A stretch of 64,000 nt of DNA from Leptonemataceae bacterium (lineage in GTDB: Bacteria > Spirochaetota > Leptospiria > Leptospirales > Leptonemataceae), in assembly GCA_965227295.1 (NCBI GenBank), contig OZ245742.1, positions 832,001-896,000 on the forward strand, written 5' to 3'. The first letter of the stretch is position 1. The number at the start of each line of letters is the position of its first letter. The translations under genes and the position numbers were made by a program. This document shows positions 44,320 through 54,803 of this stretch, piece after piece. The notes beneath the pieces were generated by a model. It searched no databases. It was not told the origin of the DNA and saw only the letters and a program-made list of their open reading frames with translations.

Positions 44320-47118
44320 ATGAACCAGACTCCGGTGGAATCCCAACCGACACGTTTTTCGCATAGCTGCCGGGACTGCGGCGGGCGCTTCAACGTCCTG
44401 ATCCAGACCGGGGTCCACCGGGTGCATCAGGCGGCGTGCCCGCACTGCGGCCGAAAGAATTTCTTCGACAACCGCCGAGGCCAATTGGAACGCGCGGCGC
44501 AACCCGTACGACCGCCGGAATCCCGGGCGGAACGTGTGCCGGATCGATCGCGTCCGCGCTCGCCGGAGCCCTCGCGCGCCGGTTCGAGTCCGCAGACCAC
44601 GCCCCGAAAACCCGCCGCCCCCCGACCGACGAGCTTCCGCACGGAAACGAATCGCGATTATGCCGGACAGCGCTCGCCCGGATCCTCGCAACCCGCGGCG
44701 CGGCGCGGCAACGGCCGCCCCACTTCGCAGACCGAGCGCGGTCTGAAAATCCTCACCCGACCACCCGGGAGCCCGAAGGGCTGGCGCGATCGCCTGGACC
44801 GCGGCCTGCAAAGCCTGCCGGACTTCGGCGACTGGCGCGGCACCGTCGACTACGCCGGCGACTTACTGCGGCAACGCGGGTTGCTGTTGCTCATCCCCGC
44901 CGCGGCGCTGGGCTTCGGCATGATCCTGCTGGTCTTTCTATCGCTGCAACTACCGGGACTATATCTCGCCCACGACACGGATTTCTACATGGACCGCCTG
45001 GAAGTGGTTCGACCGAACCGCGTCCTGGATCGCAACGGTGAGCTCCTCGCCGAATTGTTCTCACGCCGCACGGGTAACCTGGACGAAACCACCATCCCGG
45101 AAACCCTGGCGACGGCCCTGGTGTTTACCGAGGATCAGAACTTCTATTCTCACGGCGGCGTCCACTGGCCGTCAATCTTTCGCGCGTTCCTTGCAAACAT
45201 CTTTAGCGGCGGATATTCCCAGGGCGGTTCAACCATCACCCAACAGCTCGCGCGCATCCTGCTCGACGACCGCGAGAAGAGCATCTTCCGCAAGTTAAAA
45301 GAAACCAGCCTGGCCTATCACCTGGAAGCGAGCCTCACGAAAAAGCAAATCCTGGCCGGGTACATGAACCACGTTTATCTCGGCCACGGCGCCCGGGGCT
45401 TCGAGACCGCGGCGGACTTCTACTTCGACAAAAAGGTCGGCGACCTCACGTTCGAAGAACGCCTGGCGTTGGTCTGCCTGCCGTCGGCACCGGCACGCTA
45501 TTCACCGCTCCGCAATCCCGATCGCCTGCGTGCGAAGATGGACGCCGTCTACGAACGCATGATCGCCGCCGGGTTGCCCGGTGTGCCCGAACCGACGGCC
45601 TACGCAAAAGACGCGGACGATATGCTGCGCTCCCTGTCCGGCAGCCCGGGCGGCAGTGTCTTCGGCGATCGCGTCAATGAAGCCCCGTACGTGGCAGAGT
45701 ACGTCCGCCAGGAAATCAAAAAGCTGCTCGGCGATGAATACGAGTTCGGCGCCGGCCTGAACGTGCGCACCACCATCGACCGCAAGCTGCAACTGGCCGC
45801 CGTCGAAGAATCCCGCAAGTGGATTCGCACCAAAGCGCCGGCGTTCCCCGCCACGCGCATGAAAGACGGCAAACGCCTGCCCGTAAGTACCGAAGAAAAG
45901 ATGTTAAGAGACTACGGCGACATGGCCCTCGGCCCGGCGCTCTTCGGCATCCCGGCCCCGCCGGAATCCAGGCCGCGGTTGCAGACGGCGTCCGTGGGCA
46001 TCGAAAATAAAACCGGCGGCATCCTCTTTCTCCAGGGCGGCGCCGAATTCGCGAGCGGCAATCAACTCAACCGCGCCATCCAGATGCGCCGGCAAACCGG
46101 CAGCGCGGTCAAACCCTTCGTCTACAGCGCGGGCATCGAGTCCGGGGCGGTTACCGCGGGCACATTGCTCGACGACCGGCCCATCTTCGTCTCACTGAAA
46201 AACATCGCCCACAATCAAAAGAAAGACTACTGGCTCCCGGGCAATTACAGCGGCGTCTTCGAAGGGGAGATCCTCGTGCGCCGGGCCCTGGAAAAATCTC
46301 AGAACATCCCCGCCATTCGCGTCGCCGATCGCACCGGGCTCGATCGCCTCGGCGAACAGTTTCGTAAGTTTTTCTTTTACAAAGACGCCGAGTACGAACG
46401 ACGCTTTCGCAAAGACGCAACCGTGGCCATCGGCTCCCTGGAAATGTCCCCGTTGGAAATTGCGACGGCCTTCACCGGCTTCGCGAACAACGGCGTGATC
46501 CGTCGGCCGTTTTTGATCCAGCGCATCGAAGACGCCGACGGCAAGACGCTCTGGTCGCCGTCGCAAAATCACGACGAGTTCAGTCTCGGCGTTCCCGTGG
46601 AACGCACGGTCCTGCCCGGTGATGTTTCCGAAATTATGGTGAGCCTGCTGCGCAGTTCCGCGAAGTACGGCGGAGTCGGCGGCCTGGGTGGCGTGGATTA
46701 CATCGGCAAAACCGGTACTTCCAACGAGTACCGTGACGCCTGGTTCGTCGGCGCGACGCCGGGCGTCACGGCCGCGGTGTGGTTGGGTTTCGACGAACCC
46801 GCGTACTCCATGCCCGGCGGAACCGGGGCGGGCCTGGCCGGACCGCTGTGGGGGCGCATCATGAGCAAGGCGCCGCGCCTGGAGTCCTCGTTTCGATTTT
46901 CGCCGAACGCGGTGTCCATGAAGATCTGCAAGACCACGGGACGCAAACCGGGCCCGAACTGTCCGACCGTCGTCACCGAACTGTTCCGGCCGAACTTTCC
47001 GCCGGAGGATCCGGAACCGGCAACGAACGCATCGGACGATCCCGAAACAAAACCTTCGAACCAGGACAAACCGGACCCGGCCGACTGGAGTATCAACAGT
47101 GATTCGGATTTTGAATGA
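44320..47118 (+). CDS. Class A penicillin-binding protein (PBP1A-like) with N-terminal zinc ribbon
   Basis: CRDC..CPHC, disordered linker, TM, GT51 (EDQNFYSH, GGSTITQQLA), transpeptidase SAVK, SQN, KTGT. Confidence 0.93.
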   Translation: MNQTPVESQPTRFSHSCRDCGGRFNVLIQTGVHRVHQAACPHCGRKNFFDNRRGQLERAAQPVRPPESRAERVPDRSRPRSPEPSRAGSSPQTTPRKPAAPRPTSFRTETNRDYAGQRSPGSSQPAARRGNGRPTSQTERGLKILTRPPGSPKGWRDRLDRGLQSLPDFGDWRGTVDYAGDLLRQRGLLLLIPAAALGFGMILLVFLSLQLPGLYLAHDTDFYMDRLEVVRPNRVLDRNGELLAELFSRRTGNLDETTIPETLATALVFTEDQNFYSHGGVHWPSIFRAFLANIFSGGYSQGGSTITQQLARILLDDREKSIFRKLKETSLAYHLEASLTKKQILAGYMNHVYLGHGARGFETAADFYFDKKVGDLTFEERLALVCLPSAPARYSPLRNPDRLRAKMDAVYERMIAAGLPGVPEPTAYAKDADDMLRSLSGSPGGSVFGDRVNEAPYVAEYVRQEIKKLLGDEYEFGAGLNVRTTIDRKLQLAAVEESRKWIRTKAPAFPATRMKDGKRLPVSTEEKMLRDYGDMALGPALFGIPAPPESRPRLQTASVGIENKTGGILFLQGGAEFASGNQLNRAIQMRRQTGSAVKPFVYSAGIESGAVTAGTLLDDRPIFVSLKNIAHNQKKDYWLPGNYSGVFEGEILVRRALEKSQNIPAIRVADRTGLDRLGEQFRKFFFYKDAEYERRFRKDATVAIGSLEMSPLEIATAFTGFANNGVIRRPFLIQRIEDADGKTLWSPSQNHDEFSLGVPVERTVLPGDVSEIMVSLLRSSAKYGGVGGLGGVDYIGKTGTSNEYRDAWFVGATPGVTAAVWLGFDEPAYSMPGGTGAGLAGPLWGRIMSKAPRLESSFRFSPNAVSMKICKTTGRKPGPNCPTVVTELFRPNFPPEDPEPATNASDDPETKPSNQDKPDPADWSINSDSDFE

Positions 47119-47134
47119 TCGGCGCCGGGCGCTG

Positions 47135-48205
47135 ATGCTTGTGCCGGCCCTCGTTTGCTGCGTCTTGCTGGCGGGTTCGCTGCACGCCCGCGGTGCCCGC
47201 GCGACCTTTGAACAGGCCTATGCCCTGGAGAAAGAAGATCCCGCGGGCGCGATTGAACTCTACGAAGAAGCCTTGCGCGCGGGGCTCGGCACCGAACTCG
47301 CGAAGGCCGCGCGCTGGCGCTTGTTTTATCTGCACCGCGATCAAAAAAACTACGGGCGCGCGTTGAACATCAGCTCTTCTTTGGGTTCGGACAAAAAGCT
47401 TAAGAACGTTTTAGGTGATCTTTACGATGAGATTGCCGTGCACTGGAAGATCTCTCGTTTCGCGGCCGAGCAGTACGCCGCCGGACTGCGCCTGCTCGAC
47501 GCGGGTAAGTCCGCGGAAGCGGTCAAGTATTTCGGTAAGGCCCTGAAGAACAACGTGCGCAACGAGGCCTTTCGACGGGACATCACCGAACGCCTGCTGC
47601 GGGAACGGCGTTTCTCGGACGCACTGGCTCTCTTTGAGAGCCTGGATCATCCGGCGGCACGTCTGGCCCGGGCCGACGTCCTCGTAAAACTCAAGCGCCG
47701 GGAAGAAGCGCGTGTACTGCTGCTCGCCCTTGCCCGGGAAAACACGAGCGACCCTGAAAAAGTCTCCGAGAATCCCGGGCAGAAACCACAGCCTGCTCCG
47801 GTATCGCAACTCAGCGACGCCGATCGCGCGCACATCCTGTACCTGCTCGCGCGGATTCACCGCGACGGCGGGGATCGCGTTTCGGCGGTACGTTATTTTC
47901 GCCTGGCCGCCCGGTACTCCGACGACGTCGGCGCGGTCCGCATGAACGGTCTCGCCGCTTTTAGTCTGTACCGCGACGATCACAAACCACAGGCCCTGGA
48001 AATCCTGCGCAACCTGCCCGGTGTCGAAAGCGACGCTAACGTAAGATTGTTGTACTTGATCTTACGCGTGGAAATCGATCGCGACGGCCCGGCCTTTCAG
48101 TCGCTCCGCAACATGCAGGGCGATCTGATCGAACAACAACGTACCGGCAGTGCTTCGTACCTGACCGATCGCGCGTTGAAGCTCCTGGCCCGGGGAGCGC
48201 CCTGA
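47135..48205 (+). CDS. Exported TPR-like protein
   Basis: Signal peptide; helical repeats (AIELYEEAL, AVKYFGKAL, AVRYFRLAA). Confidence 0.75.
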   Translation: MLVPALVCCVLLAGSLHARGARATFEQAYALEKEDPAGAIELYEEALRAGLGTELAKAARWRLFYLHRDQKNYGRALNISSSLGSDKKLKNVLGDLYDEIAVHWKISRFAAEQYAAGLRLLDAGKSAEAVKYFGKALKNNVRNEAFRRDITERLLRERRFSDALALFESLDHPAARLARADVLVKLKRREEARVLLLALARENTSDPEKVSENPGQKPQPAPVSQLSDADRAHILYLLARIHRDGGDRVSAVRYFRLAARYSDDVGAVRMNGLAAFSLYRDDHKPQALEILRNLPGVESDANVRLLYLILRVEIDRDGPAFQSLRNMQGDLIEQQRTGSASYLTDRALKLLARGAP

Positions 48206-48208
48206 AGC

Positions 48209-48796
48209 ATGCGCCGCAAGCTTACAGTGTTTTTCGTCTTGCTGGGTCTGGCCACGGCTTCCGCGGCCGAGCCCGTCGAAACGACGTTCTGGGGCCGCGA
48301 TTTCCGCAAGCAGTTCGGTGAGTTCCTGGAAGTTCCGGTCCCCGCGGGACGCATCGCCGTTCTTTTCCCGAACGAGGACGTGATGCAGTTGCACGGTCAC
48401 AGTGCGCGCCTCGGCCGCAGCATCAGCGGGCGCCGCTTCGGCAAAGGCCGCAAGATCGAAAATGTGGGGCTACGCTCGGAACTCGGATCGAGCCAGGGCA
48501 ACTTTATGATTCTGCTGCTTCCCGCTCCCCGAGAACAGAGCGCGGACGAGGAATCGGAAGAAACCGCAGGCAAATCCGAAGGGGAAGCAACGCAAGAACC
48601 CCGCTACGATCCGGAACGGGGACAGCCGGCCCTGCTCCGCAAGAAGAACAGGACCTTCCTCCTGCTCAACGTGCACGCAAGCGAGGAAGGGCTCAGCGTA
48701 GAATTAGAAGAACGCCTCGAAAACCGGGCCGGACCGTATCACGCGGGACCGGTGCACGACATCGTCTTTGTGTACGAGGCCGCACCCGATCCCTGA
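48209..48796 (+). CDS. Hypothetical exported protein
   Basis: Signal peptide MRRKLTVFFVLLGLATASA; 3 nt after the upstream stop. Confidence 0.65.
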   Translation: MRRKLTVFFVLLGLATASAAEPVETTFWGRDFRKQFGEFLEVPVPAGRIAVLFPNEDVMQLHGHSARLGRSISGRRFGKGRKIENVGLRSELGSSQGNFMILLLPAPREQSADEESEETAGKSEGEATQEPRYDPERGQPALLRKKNRTFLLLNVHASEEGLSVELEERLENRAGPYHAGPVHDIVFVYEAAPDP

Positions 48797-48829
48797 AAGC
48801 CCCGGGAGCGACTTCCGCTTAACATTTAC

Positions 48830-50773
48830 TCAGGAGCCCTTAAAGAAACTCGTGATTCGCGAGAGCAGACCGCCGCTCTTTTTGGGCTTCGCCGTTTCTT
48901 CCCGGCGCCCACGGTGATCCCCGCGCTTGTCTCCACGTTTATCGCCGCGTTCTTCACGATCACGACCGCCGCGGCCACGTCCGCCCCGGCGACGACGCCC
49001 GCCGCCGCTGCCACTACCGCTGCCGCCACGTCCGGATTTACCGTCGTCGTTCTGCTCGTTGCTGCGCTCTTCGTCGCGGTTCCGGTTGCGACCACGGCCG
49101 CCCCGGCGACGACGACGGCGACCGCCTCCGCCCTCGGAGCCGCCGCGCTCGGAACGTCCGCCGTTTCCGCGCCCGTCGTTTTCAAGGCTGCCCTCGGCAG
49201 CAGCGACGGCTTTGGCACCATAGAGCACCGACAGGCGATCCCGCTCGCGGATGGACATATCCTCGGTAATGATCGGTCCGTCAGGAAGCGACGGGGCTGT
49301 CGTGGTTTCCTGTTTTTCTCCGCCCCGACGTCCCCGGCCGCCCCGGCGACGACGACGGCGACGCCCGCCGCGCTCTCCGTCTCCGGATTCTTCACCGCCG
49401 GAATCCCGGCGATTGCCGCGGTCGTCGTCTTGAGCTTCGTTTGCTTCGCTACCGCTGTCGTTGTCGTTGTCGTTGTCGTTCTCGCGGTCTTCGCCGCCGC
49501 GACCGCCCCGGTCTCGTCGGCGTCCGCCGCGGGAGCGACCGCCGGAACGTTCGCTGCGTTCTGGACGCTCGCCGTCGCGATCCGCGGATTCGCTTCCGTC
49601 ACGGAAGGGTGTAAAATCGTCTCTGTTCGGCATGGTTAGTTTATCCGTATCCACGTCGACGCTCGGGATCTTCTGGCCGATGTAGCGATGAATGCGCGGC
49701 AGACTTTCGTAGTCGTCCTCGGAACAGTACGAGATACTCGTTCCGGTTTTACCCGCGCGTGCCGTGCGGCCGATGCGGTGCACATAGCTGTCACCGTCCT
49801 GGGGAAGATCGTAGTTGAATACGTGTGTGATATCGTCGACATCGAGGCCCCGGCTCGCCACGTCCGTGGCAACCAGGACCGAGTATTTTCCCTGCTTGAA
49901 GTCTTTCAGCAGGCGGATGCGCTTCTTCTGGTCCAACAGCGATGAAATACCCGTTGCCGCCACGCCGTAGCGTCGCAGTAATCGCTGGAGATGCTCTACC
50001 TTGTGCCGGAAGTTCGTGAACACGATGGACCGGGCGGCATCGCCTTCGGCTTCGCTGTTTGCGGTAAGGATCTGGTTTACCAGATAGGGATCCTTTTCCG
50101 CGCGCCCCAGGTGAACGAGTTGCTGATCGATCTTGTCGACAGCGACGGTGTTCGCCTCGATGCGCACTTCCACCGGATCGTGCATGAAGTCCGAGGCCAG
50201 CCGCAGCACGTAGTACGAAAGCGTGGCCGAGAACAACTGGGTCTGCGCTTCCGACGGGCACTGCCGCATGATGTAACGCACGTCGCGGATGAAGCCCATG
50301 TCAAACATGCGATCGGCTTCGTCCAGGACGAGGTGTTTGATGGCGGAGAGATCGATCTTCTTCTGCTTGATGTAGTCGATAAGCCGCCCCGGAGTCGCGG
50401 CGATGATCTGCGCGCCCCGGGCGAGGCCGGCTTCCTGTTCACGGTACTCCGCGCCGCCGTAGATCGGCAGGACTTCCACCGGGCGATACTTGCACAGCTT
50501 CGCGGCCTCTTCGGCAATCTGGAGACAGAGTTCCCGGGTGGGCGTGACGATCAGCGCGGCGGGACCGGGCGGATCGTTCTCGAAGATGTCCTGAAGGATC
50601 GGCAGGAGAAAGGCGACCGTCTTGCCGGTTCCCGTCTGGGAAATGCCGGCGATGTCTTTGCCTTCCAGGCCCGGCCCGATGCACTGCTCCTGGATCGGCG
50701 TCATGGTCTCGAAGCCGGCATCGGCGATGCCTTTGAGCAGGTCGGGGTGGAGTTGAACCTCTGTGAATTGCAC
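48830..50773 (-). CDS. DEAD-box RNA helicase with long RG-rich C-terminal tail
   Basis: Q motif, QTGTGKT, PTRELC, TPGR, DEAD, SAT, SRGLD, HRIGRTAR. Confidence 0.96.
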   Translation of the reverse strand: MQFTEVQLHPDLLKGIADAGFETMTPIQEQCIGPGLEGKDIAGISQTGTGKTVAFLLPILQDIFENDPPGPAALIVTPTRELCLQIAEEAAKLCKYRPVEVLPIYGGAEYREQEAGLARGAQIIAATPGRLIDYIKQKKIDLSAIKHLVLDEADRMFDMGFIRDVRYIMRQCPSEAQTQLFSATLSYYVLRLASDFMHDPVEVRIEANTVAVDKIDQQLVHLGRAEKDPYLVNQILTANSEAEGDAARSIVFTNFRHKVEHLQRLLRRYGVAATGISSLLDQKKRIRLLKDFKQGKYSVLVATDVASRGLDVDDITHVFNYDLPQDGDSYVHRIGRTARAGKTGTSISYCSEDDYESLPRIHRYIGQKIPSVDVDTDKLTMPNRDDFTPFRDGSESADRDGERPERSERSGGRSRGGRRRDRGGRGGEDRENDNDNDNDSGSEANEAQDDDRGNRRDSGGEESGDGERGGRRRRRRRGGRGRRGGEKQETTTAPSLPDGPIITEDMSIRERDRLSVLYGAKAVAAAEGSLENDGRGNGGRSERGGSEGGGGRRRRRRGGRGRNRNRDEERSNEQNDDGKSGRGGSGSGSGGGRRRRGGRGRGGRDREERGDKRGDKRGDHRGRREETAKPKKSGGLLSRITSFFKGS

Positions 50774-50941
50774 CTGATCGGCTAGCCTTTGGGTGAGGAC
50801 TCCCCTGTCAATTTATATCCGGGTTCTCTCTATAATCTATGCGTGCCTCGTTCGCATCGTTGGACCACGAACCGTTCCCTGAACCCCTGTGCTGAAAATA
50901 TTGGTTGCGTACGGCATTACACAGTATGAAATTCCGCCACT

Positions 50942-52843
50942 ATGACAGACACACTTCCTCGTTATTTCTACGATGTTCTTGCGAATGCCGCCCAACGCTG
51001 GCCGGATCAGGAGTCCTTCCGGCGCCGGGTCGGAGACAAACTCGTCGGCCGCACCTACAAGGAGATGAAACGTTGCTCCGACGAACTCGCCGCCGGCCTC
51101 ATTGACCTGGGCGTTCAAGTCGGAGACCGGGTTACCTTTTTGTGCGATGCATCGCATAACTGGTTTCTCACCGACGTGGCCATCGTTGCGTCCGGCGGAG
51201 TCAGTACGCCGCGGGGAACGGACGTTACCGACGACGACATCATCTACATTGTCTCACACTCCGAGAGTAAATATGCCCTCGTGCAGCGCGAAAAAGATCG
51301 CAAGCGTCTGGAAGGACTGCGCTCCAATTTTCCGGCGTTACAGCAGATCTTCGTCATCGAAACCGAGGAAGGCGAACTCGCCACGGGACCGGCAACCGTG
51401 GGCGAACTCATGGAAAAAGGACGCGCGGCTTTGCAAAACGACGCCGAAATCGTACGCAAGCGCGTGAATCAAACCGATCCCAAAGCCATGGCCACGTTGA
51501 TTTATACTTCCGGAACCACCGGCGCGCCCAAAGGCGTGATGCTGAACCAGCACGGTCTGTTGAGCGGCATCCAGCGTGTGCTGGAACGTTTGAACTTTCA
51601 GCAATCCGATCGCGTGGTTTCGTTGCTGCCGCCCTGGCACATCTTCGAACGCGCCAACGAATACGGCGTAGCCTGGACCGGTATCGACTTTCTGATTTCG
51701 AACATCAATGTACTCAAGAAAGACCTGGCCGAATTCAAGCCGACCATCCTGCCGTCCGTCCCGCGCATCTGGGAGTCCGTCTACAACGGCATCATCGGTA
51801 ACGTAAAGAAGGCCAGCCCGGCCCAGCAAAAGATCTTCAATTTCTTTCTGAACGCAGGCACCGCCTGGGCACGCCACCGGTCGATCCTGGGCGGCTACGA
51901 TCTCCAGGTAGAGAAGCCCTTTTTCCTGGTTTCGTTCGTGCGGCGACTGTGGTCGCTGATCGTGCTGATCTTAATGTCACCTCTGAAAGGATTAAGCAAA
52001 GTCATCTTTAAGAAGATCCACCAGGCGGTGGGCGGCGAGCTGCGCATCTCCGTTTCCGGCGGCTCGGCCCTGCCCGCGGTGGTGGATCGTTTTCTCCAGG
52101 CCATCGGAATTCCGGTGATGGAAGGCTACGGCATGACGGAAACCTCGGCCATCATTTCCGTGCGCGAGTTTTCGCGTCCCACCAGCGGCACCGTGGGCCG
52201 GCCGATCCCGGGCTACAGCATCAAGCTCAAGGACGAAACCGGCAAAGACGTTAAGGACGTGCCGGGTCAGAAGGGCACGCTCTGGGTAAAGTCGGATCAG
52301 ATCCTCATGGGATATTACAAACGCCCCGAGCTGAACGACGTTGTCTTCGATGAGGACGGCCACTTCGATACCGGGGACATCATGAAACTGAGCTGGCGCG
52401 GGGAACTCATGTTCGCCGGCCGGGCGAAAGATACGATCGCCCTTGGTGGCGGTGAAAACGTGGAGCCGGTACCGATCGAGGATAAGTTGCTGGAGTCCGA
52501 GTTTATCGATCAGGTGATGGTGGTCGGTGACGATAAAAAGACCCTGGGTGCCATCATCGTACCGAACTTCGAGCGAGTGCAGTCCGAGGTCTCCGGATTG
52601 TCCGAGGACGCGAAGTCCTGGAACGGCAATAAGGACGTGCGCGCACTGTACAAAAAGGAAATCACCCGCCTCATTTCCAAAGATACCGGCTTCAAGACCT
52701 TCGAGGTCGTGCCGGGCAACTGCTTTTACATTTCCGGACGTCCGTTCGAGGCCAACATCGAGATGACCCAAACGCTAAAGATGAAGCGCCCGGTCATAAA
52801 GGAAAACTTCGCGAGCGAAATCGACGCGATGTACGAGAAGTAA
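50942..52843 (+). CDS. fadD: Long-chain fatty acid--CoA ligase
   Basis: YTSGTTGAPKG, LPPWHIFER, EGYGMTE, TGD, GRAKD..GENVEP. Confidence 0.92.
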   Translation: MTDTLPRYFYDVLANAAQRWPDQESFRRRVGDKLVGRTYKEMKRCSDELAAGLIDLGVQVGDRVTFLCDASHNWFLTDVAIVASGGVSTPRGTDVTDDDIIYIVSHSESKYALVQREKDRKRLEGLRSNFPALQQIFVIETEEGELATGPATVGELMEKGRAALQNDAEIVRKRVNQTDPKAMATLIYTSGTTGAPKGVMLNQHGLLSGIQRVLERLNFQQSDRVVSLLPPWHIFERANEYGVAWTGIDFLISNINVLKKDLAEFKPTILPSVPRIWESVYNGIIGNVKKASPAQQKIFNFFLNAGTAWARHRSILGGYDLQVEKPFFLVSFVRRLWSLIVLILMSPLKGLSKVIFKKIHQAVGGELRISVSGGSALPAVVDRFLQAIGIPVMEGYGMTETSAIISVREFSRPTSGTVGRPIPGYSIKLKDETGKDVKDVPGQKGTLWVKSDQILMGYYKRPELNDVVFDEDGHFDTGDIMKLSWRGELMFAGRAKDTIALGGGENVEPVPIEDKLLESEFIDQVMVVGDDKKTLGAIIVPNFERVQSEVSGLSEDAKSWNGNKDVRALYKKEITRLISKDTGFKTFEVVPGNCFYISGRPFEANIEMTQTLKMKRPVIKENFASEIDAMYEK

Positions 52844-52849
52844 GATCCC

Positions 52850-52872
52850 GCGGCCCCGCTCACCGGGGCCGC
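52850..52872 (+). terminator. GC-rich hairpin after fadD (terminator or stabiliser, no U-tract)
   Basis: GCGGCCCCG-ctcac-CGGGGCCGC, 6 nt after the stop. Confidence 0.45.
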
Positions 52873-53081
52873 CTCCGCCCTCCGCAAAAACTCCTCGCCG
52901 ATCGGGCAATCCGTGCCTATTTTTTGAAGCTTCAGAACGGTCGTTCCGGCCGTCGCTGGAAAAACGGCGCATATGTTTGAAAAGAACTTGACGCAGGAGT
53001 GCTTCGTCTGATCAGACGCTTAGTCTGGGGAAAAATATCCCCGCGCCGATCATCGCTCACGCTCTACGGGAATCCACGGAA

Positions 53082-54797
53082 ATGCCTGACATCAGCCAAC
53101 CGCTCATTGTTCAAAACGATAAGACCATGCTCCTGGAAGTTCAAAACGAGAGCTTCGAGGACTGTCGCAGCATCGTAACTCGCTTTGCCGAACTCGAAAA
53201 GAGCCCGGAATACCTTCATACGTACCGAATCACCCCATTGTCGCTCTGGAACGCGGCATCTTCGAAGCTCAGCGCCGAAGACATTATCGAAGCGCTGGAG
53301 AAATACAGCAAGTACCCGGTGCCGAAGAACGTCATCAGCGAGGTGCAAGAGCAAATTTCCCGCTACGGCAAGGTTAAGCTGGTTAAGGAAGACGACGGTA
53401 CTCTCTACATCGTCTCCGACGAGCGCGCGTTCCTGAACGAAATCGCCAACCATCGCACGGTGCAGCCCTACATCGAAGACCGCCAGGGCGATCGCATTAT
53501 CGTAAAAGGCAACTATCGCGGCCACATCAAGCAGGCACTCATTCGCATCGGCTATCCCGTGGAGGACCTGGCCGGCTACGATGACGGCGCCGAATTCGGT
53601 TTCAACTTCCGGCACAAGACCCTGAGCGGCCGTGAGTTCGGTATGCGTGACTACCAGCGCCGCTCCGTCGAAGTCTTTCACGCCAACGGTTCCCGCGAGG
53701 GCGGTTCCGGTGTGATCGTGCTGCCCTGCGGCGCCGGTAAGACCATCGTGGGCATCGGCGTCATGCAGATCGTCGGCGCACAAACGCTCATCCTGGTAAC
53801 GAACACGCTGTCCATCCGCCAGTGGAAGAACGAGATCCTGGACAAGACGGACATCACCGAAGAGGACATCGGTGAGTACAGCGGCGAGAAAAAAGAAATC
53901 AAGCCCATCACCATCGCGACTTACAACATCATCACGCACCGCAAGAAGAAAGGCGGGGAGTTCACGCACTTCAACATCTTCTCCGCTAACAACTGGGGAC
54001 TGATCATTTACGATGAGGTGCACCTGTTGCCGGCGCCGGTATTTCGGATGACCTCCGAACTCCAGGCGAAGCGCCGCCTCGGCCTCACGGCGACCCTCGT
54101 GCGCGAGGACGGCCTGGAAGAGGACGTGTTCTCGCTGATCGGTCCGAAGAAGTACGACGTGCCCTGGAAGGAACTCGAGAAACAGGACTGGATCGCCAAC
54201 GCTCGTTGCATCGAGATTCGCGTGGACATGGAAGAAGAACTGCGCATGCAGTACAGCCTGGCCGACGACCGCGAGAAGTATCGCCTGGCGTCGGAGAATC
54301 CTTCCAAAATGGAAGCCATTCACACCATCATCGAAGAACACGGCCGCGAGAACGTGCTCATCATCGGCCAGTACATCGATCAGCTCGAAAAGATCGCGGC
54401 GCACTTTAACTTTCCTTTAATTACAGGTAAGACGCCGCTCATGGAACGCGAGCGTCTCTACCAGGGCTTCCGCTCCGGTGAGATCCCGTGCCTCATCGTT
54501 TCCCGCGTGGCGAACTTCTCCATCGACCTGCCCGACGCCTCGGTGGCCATTCAGGTTTCGGGGACGTTCGGCTCGCGCCAGGAAGAGGCGCAGCGCCTCG
54601 GCCGCGTGCTGCGTCCGAAGAGCGGCGACAACACTGCGTTCTTTTATTCTCTCGTAAGCCGCGACACCACCGAAGAACGCTTCGGTCAGAACCGGCAGTT
54701 GTTTCTTACGGAACAGGGCTACGAGTACCAGATCTACACTTACGATCAGTTCGAAGAGATGAAGGGCCGCATCCGCGAACACATTCTCCAGGGCTGA
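53082..54797 (+). CDS. xpb: DNA repair helicase XPB
   Basis: PLIVQNDKT..FAELEKSPE..YRIT N-terminus, LPCGAGKT, DEVH, LTATLVRED (RED motif), QRLGRVLR. Confidence 0.95.
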   Translation: MPDISQPLIVQNDKTMLLEVQNESFEDCRSIVTRFAELEKSPEYLHTYRITPLSLWNAASSKLSAEDIIEALEKYSKYPVPKNVISEVQEQISRYGKVKLVKEDDGTLYIVSDERAFLNEIANHRTVQPYIEDRQGDRIIVKGNYRGHIKQALIRIGYPVEDLAGYDDGAEFGFNFRHKTLSGREFGMRDYQRRSVEVFHANGSREGGSGVIVLPCGAGKTIVGIGVMQIVGAQTLILVTNTLSIRQWKNEILDKTDITEEDIGEYSGEKKEIKPITIATYNIITHRKKKGGEFTHFNIFSANNWGLIIYDEVHLLPAPVFRMTSELQAKRRLGLTATLVREDGLEEDVFSLIGPKKYDVPWKELEKQDWIANARCIEIRVDMEEELRMQYSLADDREKYRLASENPSKMEAIHTIIEEHGRENVLIIGQYIDQLEKIAAHFNFPLITGKTPLMERERLYQGFRSGEIPCLIVSRVANFSIDLPDASVAIQVSGTFGSRQEEAQRLGRVLRPKSGDNTAFFYSLVSRDTTEERFGQNRQLFLTEQGYEYQIYTYDQFEEMKGRIREHILQG

Positions 54798-54803
54798 TCG
54801 CGG

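Noticed and set aside
49075-49375. DNA direct repeats (CGGCCGCCCCGGCGACGACGACGGCGAC)
   Set aside because: Explained by repeated Arg/Gly peptide blocks in the helicase tail.
53082-54797. XPB helicase as part of a defence system (BREX/DISARM-like)
   Set aside because: Canonical bacterial XPB with no methylase or nuclease partners nearby.
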